Below, in pieces: positions 9,630 to 17,069 of a stretch of DNA of 35,520 bases (positions are counted from its first letter, which is position 1; the number at the start of each line of letters is the position of its first letter). The stretch covers positions 1 to 35,520 of IMG/VR virus record IMGVR_UViG_3300032073_000094. One strand, written 5' to 3'. This stretch comes from a virus (lineage: Duplodnaviria > Caudoviricetes). Made by a program: the position numbers and the translations under genes. The notes below the pieces were generated by a model. The model searched no databases, was not told where the DNA came from, and saw nothing but the letters and a program-made list of their open reading frames with translations.

Positions 9630-9972
9630 AATCACTTACATCATATTTTCTCACAAACTCTCCCAAACTATTTGTCACTTGATAACACGCCACAACATCA
9701 CTCACAGCATGATAGCTGAACAGATAGAATGGGCACCTAAATGACCTACTAGCCCACTGTCCTGCCTCCATCTTGTTCCAATTAAGCATCTCTTTCTCAT
9801 GTGTCCCAAATGCACATTCTCTGCTCTTAATCTCTGCCACCGCCTTAATCACTCCACCTCTAACAAACATGCCGTCCAAGTATGAATATTGATCATTAGT
9901 GTACACCCAGTTATCACCGGGATGATTACCTAAGATGATATCTACACACTCCTGTTCAGCCTGCTCGATCAC
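9514..9972 (-). CDS. PD-(D/E)XK family nuclease
   Basis: YSYLDG...AVAEIKSR core motif; ATGA/GTGA-type overlap with methyltransferase gene. Confidence 0.65.
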   Translation of the reverse strand: MIEQAEQECVDIILGNHPGDNWVYTNDQYSYLDGMFVRGGVIKAVAEIKSRECAFGTHEKEMLNWNKMEAGQWASRSFRCPFYLFSYHAVSDVVACYQVTNSLGEFVRKYDVSDYGQNRNKNERDTKTVRRTVWLNSKDPSLLKRCGLRCLY

Positions 9973-10706
9973 GCAAATAAAAAGTCACTCGTCTTCACTG
10001 GCACTTGTCCATTCCACGCTGGTTGCTGTTTCATTCCTGCTTTAGCTAACTCTTCACCATGAGCTTTAGCAAATGATCCAGCACCCATAACAAAATCAAT
10101 AAATTTACGGCAAGAAGTTTCTCTCCATAAATTATCTCCTCCACCTATTCGCCTCATACCCCACATCCATGCTAGTTCTTGTGTAGTATATATTTTATAC
10201 CATTTCCACAAATTACCTAAAGATTCGAGACCAACCTGCTGCATCAAGTCTGGATCATTCACAGCACACAAGTCTTTCACATAAACCATTCCTCCTGGGG
10301 CCAATAATCCACGGACTTTCTCAATCAGCTTGCCAGGTTCAGAAAAATACCCATAAGACTCGCAGAATATAATCCGATCAAACTTCCTGCCTCGATCATC
10401 CCAATCCATGAAATCAGCCAATTCCATATTTAAATCAGCATCCAACTGCCTACCAAGCTCAATCTGCCTACTGCTAATCGTCACCCCGGTAACATCCAAA
10501 ACCCCATTCTCCATGAGGCCCAGCATCACACCACCTACACCACAACCAACATCAAGCACACTATGCTGTGGGGCAATCATAGCTCTGCTCATCATTACCT
10601 CAGCAAAGTCTTTAGGTTTCTCAGCGAACAGTGTTGATTGAATTAATGAACCATACTCATTCAAATACGCATCGCTGAACTTGTCGTAATAATCTTTTAT
10701 TTCCAT
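9969..10706 (-). CDS. Class I SAM-dependent methyltransferase, small-molecule/lipid type
   Basis: Motif I VLDVGCGVGG, VTGVTISSRQIE, FDRIIFCESYGY, LLAPGGMVYVKD; lacks the DPPY/PCQ catalytic motifs of DNA methyltransferases. Confidence 0.9.
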   Translation of the reverse strand: MEIKDYYDKFSDAYLNEYGSLIQSTLFAEKPKDFAEVMMSRAMIAPQHSVLDVGCGVGGVMLGLMENGVLDVTGVTISSRQIELGRQLDADLNMELADFMDWDDRGRKFDRIIFCESYGYFSEPGKLIEKVRGLLAPGGMVYVKDLCAVNDPDLMQQVGLESLGNLWKWYKIYTTQELAWMWGMRRIGGGDNLWRETSCRKFIDFVMGAGSFAKAHGEELAKAGMKQQPAWNGQVPVKTSDFLFA

Positions 10707-10936
10707 TTGTGTTTTCTTCTCCTATTCACCCATAAAGCTGTTTCTCTCTCGTCTATGTACTTCTGCAATTTAGCCGCACTAATCTTAGCCTCAGCTTCAT
10801 CCTCGTGATCGTACAGTGTCTCCTGGGGGAACAATGCACCTCTGTCCAACCTAGTCCCAGCAGGTGAATCCATGCCGTGACTGTTCACCCATAACCTCCA
10901 TGATCCATCATCATTCTGCCTAGCGTAAATCGTCAC
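10697..10936 (-). CDS. Hypothetical protein (79 aa)
   Basis: Overlaps both neighbours in a contiguous operon. Confidence 0.6.
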   Translation of the reverse strand: MTIYARQNDDGSWRLWVNSHGMDSPAGTRLDRGALFPQETLYDHEDEAEAKISAAKLQKYIDERETALWVNRRRKHKWK

Positions 10937-11147
10937 AATCTATGTCTACCCCAGTCACATCCTGATACTCCTCCATAACCATCTCCTGCCAATTGAACAC
11001 ATAATCATCAAACTCATCGTCTGGCTCAAAGTTAGTCTGCACTCGTGTCTCCATCCCGGTAGGAGAACAAATAGCCTTCAACCTGAACCACTTGCCACTA
11101 CGGTTATTGGTCAGGATAAAATGATGAACTGGAGGTGGAGGTGTCAT
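10920..11147 (-). CDS. Hypothetical protein (75 aa)
   Basis: Starts 2 nt after the kinase stop codon. Confidence 0.6.
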   Translation of the reverse strand: MTPPPPVHHFILTNNRSGKWFRLKAICSPTGMETRVQTNFEPDDEFDDYVFNWQEMVMEEYQDVTGVDIDCDDLR

Positions 11148-11149
11148 AG

Positions 11150-11725
11150 TTATCGACTAGCAGTGAATAAATCAACTCCCCACATATCCACTGTTCTCAT
11201 GCTGTCCATGACCTCTTGGACTTTTTCCCGTAAATCATCCAGACTGCCATTATTGTCAATGACTCGATGGAAACGATTGTAATCATCAAGCTCAGTCTCA
11301 CTACTGTGAGAATCATCATTGCTAGCCTCACGATTAACCCGAATAAGAAAACCACCATGATCTCTGATGTAGTCAGCCTCATTCTTTAGCCTCACATCTG
11401 TGATCACTGAAAACATAGAACCATCTTCATCATCTGCATTAGCGCATAAGTTCAAACACATCTGCCTGATCCAATAATCCTCCCCATTGTAATACCTCCG
11501 AAACTCAACCCCCCACCATTGCAGCATTGGTCTCCAGCGATCTTTATCCATCTCAATCTCAGCCAATGAGACACCAGTCACCTCAGACACCTCCCGCTTC
11601 AACTCATCAGCAAATGCAACTCGTCTGGCAGGTAGTGGGGATCTACGGTTATGAAGTAAATCAATCACCATGCCTCCTACAGTGTCTTTGCCGCTACGCT
11701 TCTTACCTGATATTCCTATGACCAT
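11150..11725 (-). CDS. Deoxynucleoside monophosphate kinase
   Basis: P-loop GISGKKRSGKDT, AFADELK, RPMLQWWG..RR, ITDVR..NEA.YI...GG..IRVNR, DSHSSE, IDNNGSLDDL. Confidence 0.9.
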   Translation of the reverse strand: MVIGISGKKRSGKDTVGGMVIDLLHNRRSPLPARRVAFADELKREVSEVTGVSLAEIEMDKDRWRPMLQWWGVEFRRYYNGEDYWIRQMCLNLCANADDEDGSMFSVITDVRLKNEADYIRDHGGFLIRVNREASNDDSHSSETELDDYNRFHRVIDNNGSLDDLREKVQEVMDSMRTVDMWGVDLFTASR

Positions 11726-11730
11726 GGTGC

Positions 11731-12501
11731 TTATGTGGGTGTGTTTGCAGAATCCCCCGTGTGTGAGGCTTTTGATGGGGGTGGGGTGTTGGGATTGGTA
11801 CCCCCCGATATATGGGTACCCCCATGGTCATTTTCAGCAGGATGGTCAGGTGGTGGTGGATCAGTGGTGAGTCTGGACTCAGATGCATCTGGTTCCTCCG
11901 TTCCAATAACATTTGCAGCGGATACAACATCCGTATTTAAACGAGCAGACTGGAGATGCATGAGCTGATCAGACGTAATAGTTGAATCGATCTTCTGAGT
12001 TCTAACATCAACTTTCTTGCTGGTTGCATACTCGTCTGAGAACCTGGCGCCAAGTAGCTTCATAGCCAGATGACCATCCCCATTAGCTATCCCATCGTTA
12101 ACAGTTCTTAGAGCAAATGCTTGGTATTCTGTCTCTGCCTGTAGGAGAGAACTCCTAAAGTCAGAGTAGGTATCTAACCAACTATACAAAGCAGTATTAC
12201 TGATCCCAACCATTGCTGCTGCTCTATTCACAGGCAGTCCACTCCTCAGATTCTTCAGAAATGACTCTACTCTTTCAGGAGTATAGGTCGTTGGTCTTCC
12301 CCCAATCTTGCCAGTCCCATTCTTCTCTAATTGTTTCCTCCTAGCATCATAGACACTAGGAGGCATTTGAATTGGTGCACTGTGCAGATCATCGAGATTC
12401 TTTCTTCTCTCTGCTACTTCCTCCTCAGTTAGTTTCACTACTTTACCAGGCACAGGTGGCTTGGATGTAGACTTTTTTCTTGCTGCTTTCTTTGCTGTCA
12501 T
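11731..12501 (-). CDS. terS: Terminase small subunit (HTH) with disordered tail
   Basis: GGRPTTYTPE followed by HTH (GLPVNRAAAMVGISNTALYSW..Y.DF), helical oligomerisation region; first gene of the packaging block. Confidence 0.75.
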   Translation of the reverse strand: MTAKKAARKKSTSKPPVPGKVVKLTEEEVAERRKNLDDLHSAPIQMPPSVYDARRKQLEKNGTGKIGGRPTTYTPERVESFLKNLRSGLPVNRAAAMVGISNTALYSWLDTYSDFRSSLLQAETEYQAFALRTVNDGIANGDGHLAMKLLGARFSDEYATSKKVDVRTQKIDSTITSDQLMHLQSARLNTDVVSAANVIGTEEPDASESRLTTDPPPPDHPAENDHGGTHISGGTNPNTPPPSKASHTGDSANTPT

Positions 12502-12523
12502 AATTATTATTTATCTAAATTCA

Positions 12524-12592
12524 CAACTGAGCCTGAGCCTTAACCATTGGCCACTGTAGGAGTGGACTTGAAGTGTGCTTCAGACCCAGTTG
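12524..12592 (-). ncRNA. Candidate multi-branched structured RNA in the TerS leader
   Basis: Closing stem CAACUGGGUC/GGCUCAGUUG (two G.U pairs) enclosing hairpins UGAAG-CACA-CUUCA and CCACU-CCUAC-AGUGG. Confidence 0.4.
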
Positions 12593-12604
12593 CTTAAATC
12601 ATTC

Positions 12605-12814
12605 TTATCTGTGCAGGTTATCTCCCCGCTTATTGTTGCGATTATCTTCTTTGTCACTGGGGCTATTTAGCTTCTTCCAGTTCTTCATCTTTTCTGCATT
12701 GGAAGCTTTCACACTCACCACGCATCCGTTCTCTATTCCTAATATTCTTATATCTTCTGTCTCATTCTTCATTATTATATGTCTTTCTTGAGGCGTACAT
12801 ACACCTACAATCAA
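12605..12814 (-). CDS. Hypothetical protein (start uncertain)
   Basis: Fills the gap on the coding strand; no motif recognised. Confidence 0.4.
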   Translation of the reverse strand: MIVGVCTPQERHIIMKNETEDIRILGIENGCVVSVKASNAEKMKNWKKLNSPSDKEDNRNNKRGDNLHR

Positions 12815-12817
12815 TTT

Positions 12818-13162
12818 TTATTCCCCATCATGGTAGCCACAGCGGGTAATAGACAAACGTGTCTTAGAAAGCATTTTAGCAAACTTTGCTCTCTCCTCAT
12901 CTGTCATCTGTCTCCTCGTCTCAGGTTTAGCCTCCACCTGCTTTGGTTTCTTGTACGGACTAGGTGACTCAATGCCACTAGCCAACTGTCGCAGGTGATG
13001 CTCCATAGCCTTCAACTGCTTGTACTGCTCTCGATCTTGTTTCTTGATCTTGTTGCCAGCAATGTCGTAAATGCCATTCTCCTCAAGTTGCCTCATCTGT
13101 TCTCTGACTGTGTCCAGTTGCAGCTTGTAGGAGTAGGTTTCTTTGGATGATAGTATTTTCAT
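12818..13162 (-). CDS. Hypothetical helical protein next to the putative origin
   Basis: 114 aa charged helical ORF starting right after the AT-rich tract. Confidence 0.65.
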   Translation of the reverse strand: MKILSSKETYSYKLQLDTVREQMRQLEENGIYDIAGNKIKKQDREQYKQLKAMEHHLRQLASGIESPSPYKKPKQVEAKPETRRQMTDEERAKFAKMLSKTRLSITRCGYHDGE

Positions 13163-13179
13163 AGTTATCTAGACTGTAG

Positions 13180-13370
13180 CTATAGTTGCAATAATAGAGA
13201 TAATAGAGAGAGTATTAATATATATAGATATATATATACTATTACTACTATTACTATTATTACGAAATAAATGCATCTAAGTTATTGTTTAGTAGTTGTT
13301 TACCAATGTAGTTTTTATATTTTTCTACAGTGATGTCCTTCTTCTCTTGTAGTTTTTATCTTTTTTTACA
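13180..13370. promoter_or_regulatory. Putative replication origin (two 23-bp iteron-like repeats, IHF-like site, TAR trinucleotide run, AT-rich tract)
   Basis: TGTAGTTTTTATATTTTTCTACA (13307-13329) and TGTAGTTTTTATCTTTTTTTACA (13348-13370); minus-strand AAACAATAACTTA (13278-13290); eight TAA/TAG triplets (13239-13262); (TA)n tract at about 13214-13238. Confidence 0.6.
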
Positions 13371-13434
13371 TGCCAGAAATAGATCATATGATCGTCATAA
13401 ACATAGTCCACTGGCATGATGTCGTAGTGTCGTT

Positions 13435-13785
13435 TCATAGTATTTTTCTCTTCCTGATATAAGTCCTAGCGAACTCTGAGAATTGTCTGAATTGTTTGTC
13501 ATATGCAGGTCTAGTGTCTCTGAGGTTCTGCACCATCTTCTTTGCGTTGATTGCAGTGCAATGATCTTTCTTCCACCACTTACCTACTTTAGCGCAGGTG
13601 TAGCCTGAATCTCTTGCTATGAACATGCATACGTTCCTAGGCCACACAATGTCTACTGTACGAGTTTTTGACTTTAATTCCTCTAGTGGTATATCCCAGA
13701 ACTCACTAGCCGCATCAGCAAGCAATTTGAGTTCTCTATTGCCGCCAGGTGGTAATGCTGGATATGACTTCAGTTCAGTTTCCAT
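13435..13785 (-). CDS. Stand-alone DnaA domain IV (C-terminal DNA-binding HTH)-like protein
   Basis: AASEFWDIPLEELKSKTRTVDIVWPRNVCMFIARDSGYTCAKVGKWWKKDHCTAINAKKMV aligns with the DnaA_C consensus (L.SK.R...I..PRQIAMYL.R.....IG..F..DHTTV.HA..K). Confidence 0.85.
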   Translation of the reverse strand: METELKSYPALPPGGNRELKLLADAASEFWDIPLEELKSKTRTVDIVWPRNVCMFIARDSGYTCAKVGKWWKKDHCTAINAKKMVQNLRDTRPAYDKQFRQFSEFARTYIRKRKIL

Positions 13786-13997
13786 AGTTCCAATGCTGGT
13801 GATTCGTAGTTTCTGTCACTGCCTCTAGTCTTGTAGGTAGCTTTGACCACCACCCACTTATCTCCGTTTCTTTCTAAATCTTTTATCATATTACTAATTA
13901 TCCACAATTCGTCTTGCTGGCGGCATGGAAAAGATATTGCCACACCACCCATTTCTTTAGCTTCATACTCAGTTATCGCTTGGTTGATTAAACTCAT
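13770..13997 (-). CDS. Hypothetical protein (about 75 aa)
   Basis: Likely start MSLINQAI at 13997; overlaps both neighbours. Confidence 0.55.
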   Translation of the reverse strand: MSLINQAITEYEAKEMGGVAISFPCRQQDELWIISNMIKDLERNGDKWVVVKATYKTRGSDRNYESPALELWKLN

Positions 13998-14784
13998 GAT
14001 TAGGAATGTATTTCTTTGATTCTTGCCAGATCGTGGTAGCTGCACTGAATAGCCTCCATGCCGCTTGTAGCTCGGTTGGTGTCCACCTCTTCTCAATGAC
14101 TGGTCTAGGATCTGTGGCACTTATAACCAAACTCATACAATTAGGATTTGGCCTCATTGTTTTCCTATATGCAGCTAACTGCCACACCCATGAATCGTGA
14201 AAAGATGGTTTCTTTTCAGCGTTCCAGCGTTGTGTCTTGTAATCAATCAGACACACGCCACGGACCCCATTGATCTCAGCCACTAGGTCAATAGTTCCAC
14301 CATAACCTAGCTTCTTATTAACAACCGTTTTCTCTACTGCGATCACTCGCTTGAGGTTTTTCTGTGCCCATCTGATATATGTGTCTAAGTATGGAAATAT
14401 CTCAGGATCTTCAGCCTCGTCATATTTACCTAGATTCCACATCTCAATGGCATTGTGCACTCTTGTGCCAAATCCTAGGATCTCGTTCTTATCCTGTTTG
14501 GCAAAACCATGCATCCTATCAATGTAGTCTTGTTCAGCCTCACCAGGCTTGTATGGGTTCTCGATGCATTTACGCACCATCATATCAGCTTTCCATTTGG
14601 TTAATTGAGGTTTCTCAATCATGCCTAGTATCCCAGACACACTAGGAACAAGATTCTGTTTCCTAGCATGTCTGAGAGTAGTAGGTTTACCATCTGACTG
14701 CCTATGACACGCATTCCCATCCATTGTGTACCAATGCTGGCTAGATGTTTGTGCGTTAGATTTATTGGGCAGTGGGATGATCAT
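13969..14784 (-). CDS. PD-(D/E)XK exonuclease (RecB/lambda-exo-like recombination nuclease)
   Basis: PSVSGIL, GTRVHNAIE, YGGTIDL, LIDYKT, WQLAAY. Confidence 0.88.
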   Translation of the reverse strand: MIIPLPNKSNAQTSSQHWYTMDGNACHRQSDGKPTTLRHARKQNLVPSVSGILGMIEKPQLTKWKADMMVRKCIENPYKPGEAEQDYIDRMHGFAKQDKNEILGFGTRVHNAIEMWNLGKYDEAEDPEIFPYLDTYIRWAQKNLKRVIAVEKTVVNKKLGYGGTIDLVAEINGVRGVCLIDYKTQRWNAEKKPSFHDSWVWQLAAYRKTMRPNPNCMSLVISATDPRPVIEKRWTPTELQAAWRLFSAATTIWQESKKYIPNHEFNQPSDN

Positions 14785-15317
14785 TAGAATGGTGAAGACT
14801 GGCGTTTCTCGTATGAGGTTTTCATCCTGTCTCTTGTCCCAGCAGGATCGTAATTGCCTGATGGTTTAAGATCAGTTTGGGATGGCATAATTGATCCTAT
14901 ATTAGCCCATTTCTTTTCTGGATCTACTTTGTCAGGATTGTGAATAATGTTGATCAGCGCATTCTTGCCAACCAATGACTTAACCATGTCAGGACCAGCA
15001 GGAGTCATCTCTAACTCTACCCCCCAACTGTCTAAAAATGGCTTGAGATGACCATTGTCGTTCAATGTAGCACTGAATGTGCGGTCAATGATGAATGGTC
15101 TTCCGTCCTCCATTAGTTTGTCTGATTCAAACATCAGACGCACTTTGGCCTTGGCTTTTGGGTATTGTGGATTGGTGGATGGAACAAGTCTCATCCCAGA
15201 TTTGGGATCAGCCTCAATACCATATGCCTCGCCACAATCGATGACATCAACACACACACAATTTTGTGGTCCTGTTGGTGTCAGCTCGAACTCATTTTTC
15301 GTTTCTGCTATTATCAT
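14784..15317 (-). CDS. Phage single-stranded DNA-binding protein (OB-fold)
   Basis: PTG..NCVCVDVIDCG, KVRLMFE, LKPFLDSW, LVGKNALINIIH, WANIGSIMP, C-terminal PF; next to exonuclease. Confidence 0.7.
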   Translation of the reverse strand: MIIAETKNEFELTPTGPQNCVCVDVIDCGEAYGIEADPKSGMRLVPSTNPQYPKAKAKVRLMFESDKLMEDGRPFIIDRTFSATLNDNGHLKPFLDSWGVELEMTPAGPDMVKSLVGKNALINIIHNPDKVDPEKKWANIGSIMPSQTDLKPSGNYDPAGTRDRMKTSYEKRQSSPF

Positions 15318-15341
15318 TTGTTTTATTAGTCTTTCTGTTTA

Positions 15342-15433
15342 TTCCCGTAGGAAATTGACGCCCCAACTCAGAGAGAAAGTAAAACTGAGTTGAGGCAGTG
15401 AGGAGATAGCCTCCAAGCAAACCACTCCCCACT
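15342..15433 (-). ncRNA. Three-hairpin structured RNA in the SSB leader
   Basis: AGUGGGGAG/CUCCUCACU stem; 12-bp GCCUCAACUCAG/CUGAGUUGGGGC stem with loop UUUUACUUUCUCU; UUCC-UACG-GGAA tetraloop. The mismatches are G.U pairs only on the minus strand. Confidence 0.55.
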
Positions 15434-15446
15434 AAATTATTTATAA

Positions 15447-15839
15447 TTAAGTATCTTGTTTAGGCCCAATTGGTCTTCTGTACATGCGCCTCCTATCCAC
15501 CTTAGCCACTAAATCACTTTCTTTAATCAGTTTCAGCCAATCCTCAGCCTTTACAGTTATCAGCCAATCAGCATTCTTTTTCTTGTGTGCTACAACTGGG
15601 ATTTGATGTGGCTTTGCGTCTCTAACTGCCTGGTCCATAGCGTTTTGGATGTTTAGCTTCTCTACAAATTTAACTTCGTGATGAAGACCTGGCAGACTGG
15701 GGCAGATAATGTCCGGTGCTTCTCCACCACCAGCATCTCTGCCAGCATTCTGACATCCTCTAAAAGCTTCAAATCCAGCCTCTCGTAATTTATCTCTCCA
15801 CATACGTTCTCCTCTTGCGCCTTTGTTTCTACTGTTCAT
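15447..15839 (-). CDS. Holliday junction resolvase (Hjc-like PD-(D/E)XK)
   Basis: MNSRNKGARGERMWRDKL..GF, APDII, HHEVK, QAVRDA, PVVAHK..W. Confidence 0.85.
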   Translation of the reverse strand: MNSRNKGARGERMWRDKLREAGFEAFRGCQNAGRDAGGGEAPDIICPSLPGLHHEVKFVEKLNIQNAMDQAVRDAKPHQIPVVAHKKKNADWLITVKAEDWLKLIKESDLVAKVDRRRMYRRPIGPKQDT

Positions 15840-16147
15840 TTTGCCATTGATAAAACTGGTGGACTTGATTGTCTGTACCATGGCTGAGATGGTTTCTTTT
15901 CCATATTCTCATTCATCCATTTGACTGCCTTAGCCCAGTCTGCTGCTGCCATCTCATCGATTAGCTTTTGGTTTTCTTGTCTTCTTTTTCGTCCTTCAGC
16001 AAACAACGTGAAGTCTTCAATCGAGATCCTCCTAAGTTTACCAATCTTATGACTCCTCAACTTACCAGTCTTGATGTGCCGTCTGATGTTTCTCAGAGAC
16101 ATGTTCAGCTTTTCAGCGACCTCTTGTGCAGATAGATATTCAATCAT
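15836..16147 (-). CDS. Excisionase-like HTH DNA-binding protein
   Basis: YLSAQEVAEKLNMS.RNIRRHIKTGKL...KIGKLRRI (HTH_17/MerR-like pattern). Confidence 0.85.
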   Translation of the reverse strand: MIEYLSAQEVAEKLNMSLRNIRRHIKTGKLRSHKIGKLRRISIEDFTLFAEGRKRRQENQKLIDEMAAADWAKAVKWMNENMEKKPSQPWYRQSSPPVLSMAK

Positions 16148-16527
16148 GGTAAGATAGTTAGTTTTACAGAAATAACACCAGCGTCAGCGTCTCCACAGAG
16201 TCGAATAAACCCAGCTTTACTTAGGTCCACCTCTCTCTTGTACTGTCCTGATTTATCTTTTGTCCACGGTCCGCGATCTGAAACTGTGCCAATGATAAAA
16301 CGATTTTTAGTTATGTTTACTTTTAGCTTAGTTCCAAATGGCAGTGTTCGATGCGCTATTATTGTGGGGTCACGATCATCAAAGACCGTCTTGCCATCAG
16401 CGCATAAATTTCCGCGGTAAGCTTTTCCATACCAAGAAGCTTTTACGGTCGGTTGTTCAGCGTATGGTCTACTGACCACCCAGCTAAACACTGCTACGCT
16501 TGCTATTATTGTAATTAGTATTTTCAT
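16144..16527 (-). CDS. rlpA: RlpA-like double-psi beta-barrel lytic transglycosylase with N-terminal signal/anchor
   Basis: ASWYG, AHRTLPFGTKLKV, VSDRGP, REVDLSKAGF..L, GVISV: the canonical RlpA motif series; hydrophobic N-terminus. Confidence 0.88.
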   Translation of the reverse strand: MKILITIIASVAVFSWVVSRPYAEQPTVKASWYGKAYRGNLCADGKTVFDDRDPTIIAHRTLPFGTKLKVNITKNRFIIGTVSDRGPWTKDKSGQYKREVDLSKAGFIRLCGDADAGVISVKLTILP

Positions 16528-16536
16528 TCTGATTTA

Positions 16537-16923
16537 TTAAGAAAATCTTCTATCTATAAAAACATCCAAAACTTCTCTTTTAACTCTGCTTATACGATGC
16601 CCAAGTCGCACCACTTTGAGTTGCCGGTTCATAACCCATTTACGAACATTGCTAACTGATACTTGGAGTTGATCGGCAACTTGTTCATATGTAAGAAACT
16701 CATCTGAATTTGATATTTGCGGCTTTTGTCCGTTAAAATTGGAAGACTTAGTGGTTGATGAGTTAGTTTTTGATTGCATACTTGTTTTACGAATTAACTG
16801 CTCTAAAGCAAACGTCCTTGACCAGTTGTTATCGTCCGCAAAACTGTCTAACTGATTAAGATCAGATTCACGCAACCGTAAACTTATTTGCCTAGTAATA
16901 TCTTTATTTTTACTTATTTTCAT
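16537..16923 (-). CDS. Ribbon-helix-helix plus excisionase-type HTH fusion regulator
   Basis: N-terminal RQISLRL..SDLNQLD.FA....SRT..LE.LI (RHH); C-terminal FLTYEQVADQLQVS...VRKWV...L..VRLG....RV (HTH_17). Confidence 0.8.
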   Translation of the reverse strand: MKISKNKDITRQISLRLRESDLNQLDSFADDNNWSRTFALEQLIRKTSMQSKTNSSTTKSSNFNGQKPQISNSDEFLTYEQVADQLQVSVSNVRKWVMNRQLKVVRLGHRISRVKREVLDVFIDRRFS

Positions 16924-17069
16924 TCTGCTTTCTCTATCAACTCTTCAATCACACTTGTCATGTCTCTTCTGTTTATCACTGCAATGCGTTTGAGTTTATC
17001 TCTGTGCCATGGAGTTAGTCTGAAATGACATGATATCTTCTTCTGCTTAATTTCTACTTCTTTACTCAT
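16920..17069 (-). CDS. Small ribbon-helix-helix protein (49 aa, below ORF cut-off)
   Basis: MSKEVEIKQKKISCHFRLTPWHRDKLKRIAVINRRDMTSVIEELIEKAE; TAATG overlap with integrase stop and ATGA overlap with the next gene. Confidence 0.75.
   Translation of the reverse strand: MSKEVEIKQKKISCHFRLTPWHRDKLKRIAVINRRDMTSVIEELIEKAE

Noticed and set aside
9969-10706. Restriction-modification pair with the adjacent nuclease
   Set aside because: The methyltransferase lacks DNA methyltransferase catalytic motifs (DPPY/NPPY/PCQ).
11703-11930. His/Pro-rich minus-strand ORF nested in the TerS tail
   Set aside because: Composition is explained by local G/C runs; it overlaps two better-supported genes.
13160-13438. 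Cryptic initiator gene or stop-codon recoding across the AT-rich tract
   Set aside because: Frames examined are closed by TAA as well as TAG, giving only 35-37 aa peptides; TAG serves as a normal stop at 33624.
13898-13906. Perfect DnaA box TTATCCACA near the DnaA-like gene
   Set aside because: Single copy inside a coding region, more than 500 bp from the repeats; one hit in 35 kb is plausible by chance.
13969-14784. Cas4 assignment for the exonuclease
   Set aside because: Lacks the C-terminal Fe-S cysteine cluster; context (SSB, resolvase) indicates recombination.
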